The notes below the pieces were generated by a model. The model worked only from the letters and a program-made list of their open reading frames with translations, did not search any database and was not told the origin of the DNA. From NCBI GenBank assembly GCA_028698185.1, contig JAQVDW010000012.1, forward strand, positions 1-32,000: 32,000 bases of DNA. Direction: 5' to 3'. The stretch comes from Erysipelotrichaceae bacterium. Lineage in GTDB: Bacteria > Bacillota_I > Bacilli_A > Erysipelotrichales > Coprobacillaceae. Both the position numbers and the translations under genes were made by a program. This document shows, piece after piece, positions 16,349-24,207 of this stretch. Within the stretch, counting starts at the first letter, position 1, and the number at the start of each line of letters is the position of its first letter.

Positions 16349-16363
16349 TGATAATGATTATCA
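16349..16363. promoter_or_regulatory. Fur box 2, a perfect 7-1-7 site between feoA and feoB
   Basis: TGATAATGATTATCA is an exact match to TGATAATnATTATCA. It lies 29 nt upstream of the feoB start. Confidence 0.75.
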
Positions 16364-16391
16364 TTTGGATAAGATATTGGAGGAGATAGAT

Positions 16392-18386
16392 ATGAAAATA
16401 GCATTAGCAGGTAATCCTAACAGCGGCAAGACGACGTTGTTCAATGCGATTACCGGAAAAATCGAGAAGGTCGGAAACTGGGCGGGGGTGACTATTGCCA
16501 AAAAAGAGGCATCCCTGAAAAAATCGCTGAACCGGTATTCCCAAGAAATCACGGTGGTCGACTTGCCTGGGGCATATTCGATGTCGCCCTACACATCGGA
16601 AGAGAGCATCACCCGGGAGTTCGTGGCGAACGCCAATCCGGATGTCATCGTCAACATTGTCGATGCGACCAATCTTGGGCGCAGTCTGTTTTTCACCACC
16701 CAGCTTATCGAGCTGGGAATTCCGGTGGTGATTGCTTTGAACAAATCCGATTTGGCCAAAAAGAGAAAACTGCGAATCGACCAGGAGCTGCTTGCCGGAG
16801 AATTGAACTGTCCGGTTGTGGCCATTTCAGCCCAGAACGGACTGGGGCTGGAAGGACTCGTGGACCGGGTCATCCAGGCAGTCGGGGCAAAACAGCTTTC
16901 GGCTTTTAGTCAGGGTGAAATTTCCGGAATCGGCGAAGCGAAAATCCGGGATCTCGATGAAAAACGTTATCGATATGTCGATGAAATCGTGGCCAAGGTG
17001 GAATTGCGCGATATAAAAGGCGATACGACAAACATCCAGGACAGACTGGATCGTATCCTGGCAAACAAATGGCTGGGCATCCCGATATTCGCCTTGATAA
17101 TCTGGCTGGTGTTTTCGATTTCACAAACATATGTGGGAACATATCTAGCCGACATTCTGGTGGGCTGGATCGACCGTTTCTACAGCGTTGTCGCCGGGCT
17201 GATGGGGGCCAACGTTTCGCCAATCCTGGCAACCTTGCTCCTTGACGGGATCATCGGCGGCCTTGGTGCCGTGGTTGGCTTCCTGCCTTTGATAATGGTG
17301 TTGTTTTTCCTTCTTGCGCTTCTCGAGGACAGCGGCTACATGGCCCGGGTTGCGATGATCATGGACCGGTTTTTCAAATGGGTCGGCCTTTCGGGAAAAT
17401 CGATCATTCCGATGATTGTCGGGACCGGGTGCGCCATTCCGGGAATAATGGCGACCCGGACCATCCAGGATGACCGGCAGCGGCGGACGACCGCAATGTT
17501 GACACCATTCATGCCATGTGGGGCCAAGCTGCCTGTGATTGCCCTGTTTGCAGGGGTATTTTTCGAAGACGCATCATGGGTCAGCGCATCGATGTATTTC
17601 CTGGGAATCACCATCATCATCCTGAGCGCCCTGATCATCCGCAAGATTACCGGGGATGAAAAAGTCAACGACTATTTCATAATGGAATTGCCCGAGTACC
17701 GGATTCCAAGCGTCAAACGGGCGGCGCAATCTATGCTCAACCAGGCCAAAGCCTTCATCGTCAAGGCATCGACGATAATCCTTTTGTGCAACGCGGCAAT
17801 CCAGGTCATGTCGACTTTCACCTGGCAGTTAGAGGTAGTAAGCCAAGGTAACGAGGCATCGAGCATCCTGGCCAGTGTGGCTGCGCCGTTTGCTCTAATC
17901 CTGATTCCCTTGGGATTCGGGGTTTGGCAGCTGGCCGCGGCGGCTATCACGGGCTTCATTGCCAAGGAGAATGTCGTCGGGACCCTGGCGGTTGTCTTTT
18001 CAATCACCAACTTCATCAATGTCGATGAACTCGCATTGGTTGGCGGGGCCGGGAATATTGCCGGGGTGATGGGACTGACAAGCGCCTCAGCTCTGGCTTA
18101 TCTGGCTTTCAATCTTTTCACGCCCCCTTGTTTTGCGGCCATCGGGGCCATGAATGCCGAACTGGGTTCCAAAAAATGGCTCTTTGGGGCAATCGCCTTC
18201 CAGCTGGCGATGGGATACGTTGTCGCTTTTGTAATCTATCAGGCAGGCACATTGCTCCAAACCGGTTCGACCGGCCAAGGGTTCCTGTGGGGACTTGTAG
18301 CCGTTGGGGCGATCGTTGCCACAATAGCATACCTGATGTTCAAAAGACCGAATGAACCAATTCGTTCAAAATTCCAACAGGGATAG
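16392..18386 (+). CDS. feoB: Ferrous iron transporter FeoB (G-domain plus permease)
   Basis: The track ORF 16365.. is trimmed to the ATG at 16392 (MKIALAGNPNSGKTTLFNAITG), which has GGAGGAG upstream. It has GTPase motifs (DLPG, NKSD) and a polytopic C-terminal gate domain. Confidence 0.95.
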   Translation: MKIALAGNPNSGKTTLFNAITGKIEKVGNWAGVTIAKKEASLKKSLNRYSQEITVVDLPGAYSMSPYTSEESITREFVANANPDVIVNIVDATNLGRSLFFTTQLIELGIPVVIALNKSDLAKKRKLRIDQELLAGELNCPVVAISAQNGLGLEGLVDRVIQAVGAKQLSAFSQGEISGIGEAKIRDLDEKRYRYVDEIVAKVELRDIKGDTTNIQDRLDRILANKWLGIPIFALIIWLVFSISQTYVGTYLADILVGWIDRFYSVVAGLMGANVSPILATLLLDGIIGGLGAVVGFLPLIMVLFFLLALLEDSGYMARVAMIMDRFFKWVGLSGKSIIPMIVGTGCAIPGIMATRTIQDDRQRRTTAMLTPFMPCGAKLPVIALFAGVFFEDASWVSASMYFLGITIIILSALIIRKITGDEKVNDYFIMELPEYRIPSVKRAAQSMLNQAKAFIVKASTIILLCNAAIQVMSTFTWQLEVVSQGNEASSILASVAAPFALILIPLGFGVWQLAAAAITGFIAKENVVGTLAVVFSITNFINVDELALVGGAGNIAGVMGLTSASALAYLAFNLFTPPCFAAIGAMNAELGSKKWLFGAIAFQLAMGYVVAFVIYQAGTLLQTGSTGQGFLWGLVAVGAIVATIAYLMFKRPNEPIRSKFQQG

Positions 18387-18397
18387 AGGTTATTTTA

Positions 18398-18538
18398 ATG
18401 GAGAACTACATCATCCTTGCCGTAATCATAACAGTAATCGGCACAGTGACATTCAAGATCATCAACGACAAGCGCCACAACCGCAGTTGCATCAGCTGCT
18501 GTGGCTGTTCATCGAAAAATAAAAGCTCCAAAATATAG
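18398..18538 (+). CDS. FeoB-associated Cys-rich small membrane protein (46 aa)
   Basis: Below the ORF-track size cutoff and found manually. Sequence MENYIILAVIITVIGTVTFKIINDKRHNRSCISCCGCSSKNKSSKI has one TM helix and a CxxCCxC cluster. It starts 12 nt after the feoB stop, with GAGG upstream. A terminator follows. Confidence 0.7.
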   Translation: MENYIILAVIITVIGTVTFKIINDKRHNRSCISCCGCSSKNKSSKI

Positions 18539-18557
18539 AAGCGTGGAGATGTTCGTG

Positions 18558-18582
18558 AAAAAAGACCCGAAGGTCTTTTTTT
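18558..18582. terminator. Bidirectional terminator after the feo operon and the convergent hypothetical gene
   Basis: aaaaaagacc cgaa ggtcttttttt. Confidence 0.7.
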
Positions 18583-19088
18583 CATATCTTGCGACTGTCA
18601 TAGGCCCAGTGGAGCAGTGCCTGACGTTGCTTTTTCCGGCAATCCAGATCCAGGGCGACACAGTTTTTTTTGATGGCGCCCACATGGCGTCTTATTGCCA
18701 GCCACCTTCTGATCTGGCGCCGGTCTTCTTCTGGAAGGCGGCGTCCCATGTAATAGCGGCAGTACCACTGGAACCAGCCTCTGGGATCGTTGGGGTTGAT
18801 CCACCCCTTATCCTGCCAGTGTTTCAAAGGCAAAGAGGCATCCACCTGGAAAAAGTTCAGGCTGATGTCTTTTTTTCCTGTCGCCAGTTTGGCATTCACA
18901 AACCATTGCGCGGGAAACTCATTTTTGCAATCGGTCATGTACTTGCCGCCAAAAACTCCGAGTTCGAGCATCTGTGCCGGTGTGAGTTCCGGCTGGAAAT
19001 CAGGATGGAAATTCTCGCCAACGGGCTCGGTAAGGTAGTATACATAATTGTGCTGAATCAGATCATTGACGATAACTTTCTTGTTCAT
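18582..19088 (-). CDS. Conserved-looking hypothetical protein (Trp/Arg-rich motif), function unknown
   Basis: The track ORF 18582..19154 is trimmed to the ATG at 19088 (MNKKVIV), which has GGAGG upstream. 168 aa, with the motif DPRGWFQWYCRYYMGRRLPEEDRRQIRRW...RQALLHWAYD. The overlapping plus-strand ORF 18501..19202 is judged a shadow. Confidence 0.65.
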   Translation of the reverse strand: MNKKVIVNDLIQHNYVYYLTEPVGENFHPDFQPELTPAQMLELGVFGGKYMTDCKNEFPAQWFVNAKLATGKKDISLNFFQVDASLPLKHWQDKGWINPNDPRGWFQWYCRYYMGRRLPEEDRRQIRRWLAIRRHVGAIKKNCVALDLDCRKKQRQALLHWAYDSRKI

Positions 19089-19247
19089 GGGGCCTCCGGA
19101 AAACCAAAGATACAATGTTTTGAAATTTGTAATCTTATTATAACATACAATCAATATTTGTGTGTTATAATATGTTTAAGAAAAGGCGGGTTCATCACTT
19201 GATGTTCAAGTGGACCTTCCAACGATAAAATATAGAGGAGGTTACAT

Positions 19248-20051
19248 ATGAAAGTATCGAAAAATATCCGGTTCAGTTCGCTGGGTGCCCTTGTTTGTTT
19301 TCTGACGATGGTCCTGGTAAATTTCCTGGCCAATGCCTTGCCCTTGAATGGTTTGACAACCGGGGCAGTATCCGATTCCTACGGCAATCTGTTCGCTCCC
19401 ACCGGTCTGACCTTTGCCATCTGGGGTGTTATCTATCTGCTTTTGGCCGGTTACACCATCTACCAGCTAAAAGCCGGCCGGGATTACCTGCTTGGCAATC
19501 TAATCACCAATCTGAACAACTATTACATCGTTTCATCGATTGCCAACACCATCTGGATATTCGCCTGGCATTACAAGATCATCTGGCTGACCTTGCTCTT
19601 GATGGCAGTGCTTTTGATCAGCCTGATCCGGATCGCACTGCTTCTCAAGGATGAGCATTTTGACATGAAGAACAACATCCTGATTCGGATTCCGTTTTTT
19701 GTCTATTTTGGGTGGATAACCGTGGCTACGATTGCCAATGTGACAGTATTCCTTGTTTCTTTGGGATACCAGGGTTACCCGTTGGCTCCTGATATGATGA
19801 CTTCGATTATTCTGGTTGTAGGGGCGGTCATCGGCTTTATCGCGACCTTGGCTTATCGAAGCGTTTTCTATAACCTGGTCCTGGTATGGGCCTATATCGG
19901 TATACTCATCAGGCATCTTGGCAGTTCGGGATTTGCGGGCCAATATCCGATTGTCCTGGGAAGTCTGGCGCTGTCTTTTGTCATTATTCTTGTTGCGCTG
20001 GCCTTAGCTTTTCGGGATATGGCTTCTAGAAAATCATCGAGATATCAGTGA
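19248..20051 (+). CDS. Polytopic membrane protein, possibly TspO/MBR-related (Trp-rich)
   Basis: 267 aa with about 7 hydrophobic segments. The N-terminal region LANALPLNGLTTGAVSDSYGNLFAPTGLTFAIWGVIYLLL resembles tryptophan-rich sensory protein-like families. RBS is GAGGAGG, with an upstream TGTTATAAT extended -10 box. Confidence 0.6.
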   Translation: MKVSKNIRFSSLGALVCFLTMVLVNFLANALPLNGLTTGAVSDSYGNLFAPTGLTFAIWGVIYLLLAGYTIYQLKAGRDYLLGNLITNLNNYYIVSSIANTIWIFAWHYKIIWLTLLLMAVLLISLIRIALLLKDEHFDMKNNILIRIPFFVYFGWITVATIANVTVFLVSLGYQGYPLAPDMMTSIILVVGAVIGFIATLAYRSVFYNLVLVWAYIGILIRHLGSSGFAGQYPIVLGSLALSFVIILVALALAFRDMASRKSSRYQ

Positions 20052-20734
20052 AGGCAAGATTCCTGGTAGCGGCTTTGCAGGACGATGATGCCAATTACCG
20101 GAGGCTGCTTGAAGCAGCCAATGATTCATATGATATCAAGTATTTCAATGACGTCGACGAGCTAAGACAAATCATGAAAAGCGACAATAAGGACAGACAA
20201 ATCAAGGCAATCTTTTTGCCCCGGCCCTGGCAAGATCGAGATGATGGGTGCCGTGAATCATTTCTTGTCTACATCATCGCCAAAGACCGGTCAATTGACT
20301 TTATCAATGCAGGGATTATGGCGCTTGAACGATTTGACAAGGTGACCAGTTTCCAGGATTTGACCTCATTTCAACAGGACAACAAATATCTTCTGATGCT
20401 GTTCAATCAGGCAAACCAGAAAAAGCTGGGCCGGCTGAGTGCCACCAATGATGGCGAACTGGCAAACAAGCTGCTTTTGTACCGGACCATATTGGTTAAA
20501 AGCCTGTCGGCCATCCCTTCTGGAGGCCAAGCCAACAACGTCTTGCTTCACATCTTCGGCTATTTCAAGAACAGTCTGAACCGGGCGCAAAAGCATGATT
20601 TTCTGGATATTCTAGACAAGTACCATGCCGGAGCTGTACCATTGAATGTCCCTATGGGGCTGTTGTATGGATTCGCCATTGCTTTTAATCATGATTATCT
20701 GGTAAAACAGACGATTTTCGAATACTTCAGGTAA
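20048..20734 (+). CDS. DUF1722 (YbgA C-terminal type) domain protein with a non-canonical N-terminal domain
   Basis: 228 aa with a GTG start that overlaps the preceding stop (GTGA). The C-terminal half NNVLLHIFGYFKNSLNRAQKHDFLDILDKYHAGAVPLNVPMGLLYGFAIAFNHDYLVKQTIF matches the YbgA/DUF1722 pattern. The N-terminal roughly 100 aa do not look like DUF523. Confidence 0.7.
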   Translation: MKARFLVAALQDDDANYRRLLEAANDSYDIKYFNDVDELRQIMKSDNKDRQIKAIFLPRPWQDRDDGCRESFLVYIIAKDRSIDFINAGIMALERFDKVTSFQDLTSFQQDNKYLLMLFNQANQKKLGRLSATNDGELANKLLLYRTILVKSLSAIPSGGQANNVLLHIFGYFKNSLNRAQKHDFLDILDKYHAGAVPLNVPMGLLYGFAIAFNHDYLVKQTIFEYFR

Positions 20735-20753
20735 TTTTTCAGGAAAGGGACCT

Positions 20754-20840
20754 ATGTTAAGCAATCTGTTCAAGGCAATCATATACATACTGCTTATGCC
20801 ATTCATCGTGATTGTGTTGCTGGTACGTGAAAAGAAGTGA
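20754..20840 (+). CDS. Possible 28-aa hydrophobic micropeptide
   Basis: MLSNLFKAIIYILLMPFIVIVLLVREKK. GGAAAGGGA lies upstream and a strong terminator follows immediately. There is no homology evidence. Confidence 0.25.
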   Translation: MLSNLFKAIIYILLMPFIVIVLLVREKK

Positions 20841-20866
20841 AAAGCCCCGGAAACCCGGGGCTTTTC
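20837..20866. terminator. Bidirectional terminator at the 3' end of the helicase gene
   Basis: tgaaaagccccgg aaac ccggggcttttca, a GC-rich perfect stem flanked by A/T runs. Confidence 0.75.
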
Positions 20867-20867
20867 A

Positions 20868-23648
20868 CTAATCTATTGATGTTGTCAGGTAATTATAAAG
20901 TTCGTCTTGAACCGCTGTATCCAACCGGTAAGTTATCTCAACGGCCTTGTTTTGGGTGTTCTTCATCAAAACCTCTTCAAATTCACCCGTAGGTTCAATC
21001 TTCCCTAGAAAATAGAAGTCCTTGCTTTGGCTGTCATTCTTGTTTTTTCTGACGAATAACAGGATCATGGTGTTGTTTGATGCGGAATTCTTGATTCTTT
21101 GAATGTCCGGAGAGTTAATGCTGCGGTTGTTTTTGGAAAGAGCCTTCAGCGTCTTGGGGTTTAAAAACCGGTCCTCATACCTGATGGTTTCACTGATTGT
21201 CTCATCTTTTGAATAATTGATGAATACCGGAAAGGTGTTTGTCTTCTGGTCATATTTGTAGCCACCGATATTGGTCGCGACTACATTTGTGTCCCAATCA
21301 AGCAGACGGCATACATCTTCGTAGCTGTATTTTTGATACAGCTTAAAATCGGTGTTCAGGTATTTGTTGCCGTATTTTTCATCGGCCAACGCCAGGGCGT
21401 ATTCGACCACCTGGTCAAGGTGGTTGGCGAATGCGGGAGTGGCCAGTGCTTTTTCAAAGCTTTTACTGATATCAGGCCGTCCGTCAATCAACTCGAGAAA
21501 CACCGCGTGCTCGAATGTCTTGATGGAATTTGAGCTGACACAAAAATCGTTGGTAAGGACCTTGAAGGCATTTTTAGTCAACAGATTTTTTATAGCGGGG
21601 GCATCGTCATCGTTGCGACCGTACCTTGCAATAAGATTTTTCAATATGAGCAACTCGCTTTTCCGCTTACCGTTGGCCAGTTTGCTGCACACAAATTCCA
21701 GCATGTTCTCCTGGATCAAATCGAATCTAACCTGATAGTCTTCGTCGATTCTTACAAGGAAGTTGTGGTAACTTTTGCACTTGTCGAAGATGTTCTGGAT
21801 GTCGATTGCATCGTAGTGGAGAAAATCCACGATATCCGGAATCCGGCCCAGCTTGTTTTTAAGGTCGAAATACTCCCTTTTCAACAGGGACAGGCTGTTG
21901 AATGAGGCCTGGTCGATTGCCTTGAAAATCCTCTTTCTGGAAATCTCATCAAATGAGACGCTCGAACAGCCGGGAATGAAGGCTTTCGAGGTGATAATGG
22001 TTTTTCTTAGAATATCCTTGTTGTAGCTGCGGTCGCCCGAAAGGGCCAAAGGAATCATGTAGTTGTTCTGGTAGTTGGCGATAAAATCGAGGACCACGAC
22101 ATATTCCTTGTCATCGACCTTGCGCAAACCGCGGCCCAGCTGCTGGACAAAGACGATTGCCGATTGGGTCGGCCTGAGCATCACAATCTGGTTGACTTTG
22201 GGAATGTCAATCCCCTCGTTGAAGATATCGACGCTGAATATGTAATCCAGGCAGTTGTCGCATTCTTCGAGTTCAAGCCGGCTGATGGCTTCTTCCCGTT
22301 CCTTTTCGCTGCTCGAACCGCTCAAGGCGACGCAACGATAACCGCGCTCGTTGAACAGGCGACACAGTTCCCGGGCTTCCTCATTGCGGCTGACAAATAC
22401 CAGCCCCCGGACCTTTGTTCCAAAAAAACCATAAAGTCCGATGTTTTTGATTATATGGTCGAGACGATCGGGCGATGTCAGCAGGTTGAACTGCGATACC
22501 TCGTCGAAAGTATGGCCGTCAACGGTAAGGTCGGTTATTCCAAAATAATGGAAGGGACAGATCAGATCATACTCCAATGCCTGTTTCAGCCTGATTTCAT
22601 AGGCGACATTGTGGTCGAACAATTCGTAGATGTCGAAACCGTCATTACGCTCGGGAGTGGCACTCATCCCAAGAAGGAATTGGGGTCTAAAATAACCAAG
22701 CAAGCCCTGGTATGACCCGGCGCCGGCCCGGTGAACCTCGTCAATGATGATGTAATCGAAGTGGTCGGGGGCGAACCTTTTGTAGAATTCGGGCTTGGAG
22801 ATGGTCTGGATGGTCGCAAACAGATATGGGCAATCATCCTTTTGCGAACCGGAGAAAATCCCCATTCGCTTTTCTGGCATCACGTTGCCAAAAGATTCTC
22901 GGGCGGTTCGGGCGATATTCTCGCGATGGACCACAAACAGGATCCGGTCAGCCATGGCCGCTTTTACGTCAAAGGCGCTCAGGTATGTTTTACCGGTCCC
23001 GGTTGCTGATATCAAAAGGGCTTTTTTTTGACCTTTGCGCCGCAGTGTCACAAGTGATTCGAGTGCCTGTTGCTGCATTGCATTTGGTCTGATTGACCGC
23101 TTTGTCAATTTCACTTTGGGTTTGACTGGTGCCTGGTAGCTTGCCTTGTAGTCATTGAGCCATAATTCATCGAGTGGGACACTGTTTTGCCATTGGCGTT
23201 CAAACTGGCTGGTTATGTCCTGGATGATATCGCTGTCGTGGTAGTTGGAAAATGATATGTTCCACTCCTGGTTTGTCTTCAGGGCACTTTGGGTCAGGTT
23301 TGAGGAACCGACGATGCAGCTTACTTTCTCAACACCATAAAAAAGGTATCCCTTGGGATGGAATCCGGCATCCTGGAATATCCGGACCTCGATGTTCGGG
23401 AATTTGAGCAGTTCCCCGAACGCCTCGGGCGAATTGAAGCCAAGATAGGTTGAGGTCACCAGCCGGCCCTTGATGTTCTTACCTGCCAGGTCAAGCAGAT
23501 TTTGCTTGATCAAAGAAATTCCGGATTGGTTGATAAAGGCGACGGAAAAATCGAAAGTGTGACAGCTTTTAAGCTGATTGTCGATATTGTCAAGAACGAC
23601 CTGACCGTTTAGGTAGTCGTTTGTCACCAGTTCAATATTTGCATCCAT
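20868..23648 (-). CDS. PLD(HKD)-nuclease-like domain + SF2 (ResIII/DEAH) helicase + C-terminal DUF3427-type domain protein
   Basis: The track ORF starts at a TTG at 23666; the ATG at 23648 (MDANIELV) is preferred, giving 926 aa. HKD motif FHPKGYLFYG...IVGSSNLTQSAL. Helicase motifs are I ISATGTGKTY, II IIIDEVHRAGA, III MSATPER and VI QQLGRGLR. The C-terminal roughly 230 aa (YSYEDVCRLLDWD...GGYKYD...PVFINYSK...ILLFVRKNK...DFYFLGKIEP) match the DUF3427 pattern. Confidence 0.9.
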   Translation of the reverse strand: MDANIELVTNDYLNGQVVLDNIDNQLKSCHTFDFSVAFINQSGISLIKQNLLDLAGKNIKGRLVTSTYLGFNSPEAFGELLKFPNIEVRIFQDAGFHPKGYLFYGVEKVSCIVGSSNLTQSALKTNQEWNISFSNYHDSDIIQDITSQFERQWQNSVPLDELWLNDYKASYQAPVKPKVKLTKRSIRPNAMQQQALESLVTLRRKGQKKALLISATGTGKTYLSAFDVKAAMADRILFVVHRENIARTARESFGNVMPEKRMGIFSGSQKDDCPYLFATIQTISKPEFYKRFAPDHFDYIIIDEVHRAGAGSYQGLLGYFRPQFLLGMSATPERNDGFDIYELFDHNVAYEIRLKQALEYDLICPFHYFGITDLTVDGHTFDEVSQFNLLTSPDRLDHIIKNIGLYGFFGTKVRGLVFVSRNEEARELCRLFNERGYRCVALSGSSSEKEREEAISRLELEECDNCLDYIFSVDIFNEGIDIPKVNQIVMLRPTQSAIVFVQQLGRGLRKVDDKEYVVVLDFIANYQNNYMIPLALSGDRSYNKDILRKTIITSKAFIPGCSSVSFDEISRKRIFKAIDQASFNSLSLLKREYFDLKNKLGRIPDIVDFLHYDAIDIQNIFDKCKSYHNFLVRIDEDYQVRFDLIQENMLEFVCSKLANGKRKSELLILKNLIARYGRNDDDAPAIKNLLTKNAFKVLTNDFCVSSNSIKTFEHAVFLELIDGRPDISKSFEKALATPAFANHLDQVVEYALALADEKYGNKYLNTDFKLYQKYSYEDVCRLLDWDTNVVATNIGGYKYDQKTNTFPVFINYSKDETISETIRYEDRFLNPKTLKALSKNNRSINSPDIQRIKNSASNNTMILLFVRKNKNDSQSKDFYFLGKIEPTGEFEEVLMKNTQNKAVEITYRLDTAVQDELYNYLTTSID

Positions 23649-24024
23649 ATTCCTTGATCCTTTCAATTATCTGCACGTCAGCAGGTACCCAGTCGATGTC
23701 TTTTTGATCCGGTTCAATCCATCTTATCTGGCTGTGGGCCTCCAATTGGAAGTCGTCGGTGGCCAGGGAGCACCAGTAACAATCCATATCCAGATAGAAT
23801 CTAGGATAGCTGTAAGTGGCTTTCATGAAAAAGTCCAAAACTGTGATTTCGACGTTGAGCTCCTCGGATATTTCCCTTTTCAATGCGGCGATCCCATCCT
23901 CGCCGTCTTCGATTTTTCCTCCGGGAAATTCCCAGAGACCCTGAAATTCGCCATAACTTCGCCTGGCAATCAGTATCTTTCCTTGATGCTTGATGATTGC
24001 GGCAACAACCCTTATTGTTTTCAT
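23632..24024 (-). CDS. NUDIX hydrolase (MutT / (d)NTP pyrophosphohydrolase-like)
   Basis: 130 aa. Nudix box GGKIEDGEDGIAALKREISEELNV (Gx5Ex7REUxEE). The N-terminus VVAAIIKHQGKILIARR...GLWEFPGG is MutT-like. Its 3' end overlaps the helicase start. RBS is AGAGGTGG, with an extended -10 box TGCTACAAT upstream. Confidence 0.88.
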   Translation of the reverse strand: MKTIRVVAAIIKHQGKILIARRSYGEFQGLWEFPGGKIEDGEDGIAALKREISEELNVEITVLDFFMKATYSYPRFYLDMDCYWCSLATDDFQLEAHSQIRWIEPDQKDIDWVPADVQIIERIKEYGCKY

Positions 24025-24207
24025 AATCCACCTCTAGAAGCATTGTAGCAGATATCAAAACGTTGCACCAGATCAAAGGGGTACATTCGATTAAAAAGTA
24101 TCACTTAAGGTTACAATTGGCAGTCAGTTATTCTTTTAAAAAATCACAATTTGAAATAATCGCCAATTTTAAAAATAGTGTGGTACTTTAGATGATGAGG
24201 TGATTAT

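Noticed and set aside
19131-19175. An inverted repeat, TTATTATAACA / TGTTATAATA, between the divergent genes at 19088 and 19248.
   Set aside because: It is best explained as two back-to-back extended -10 promoters (TGTTATAAT on each strand), not as a dedicated operator or a mobile-element end.
18501-19202. A 233-aa plus-strand ORF overlapping the feo terminator and the 18582..19088 minus-strand gene.
   Set aside because: It would have to read through the small Cys-rich ORF and the strong terminator hairpin. It has no RBS and a non-protein-like composition. The minus-strand ORF has GGAGG, a promoter and dense conserved-looking motifs.
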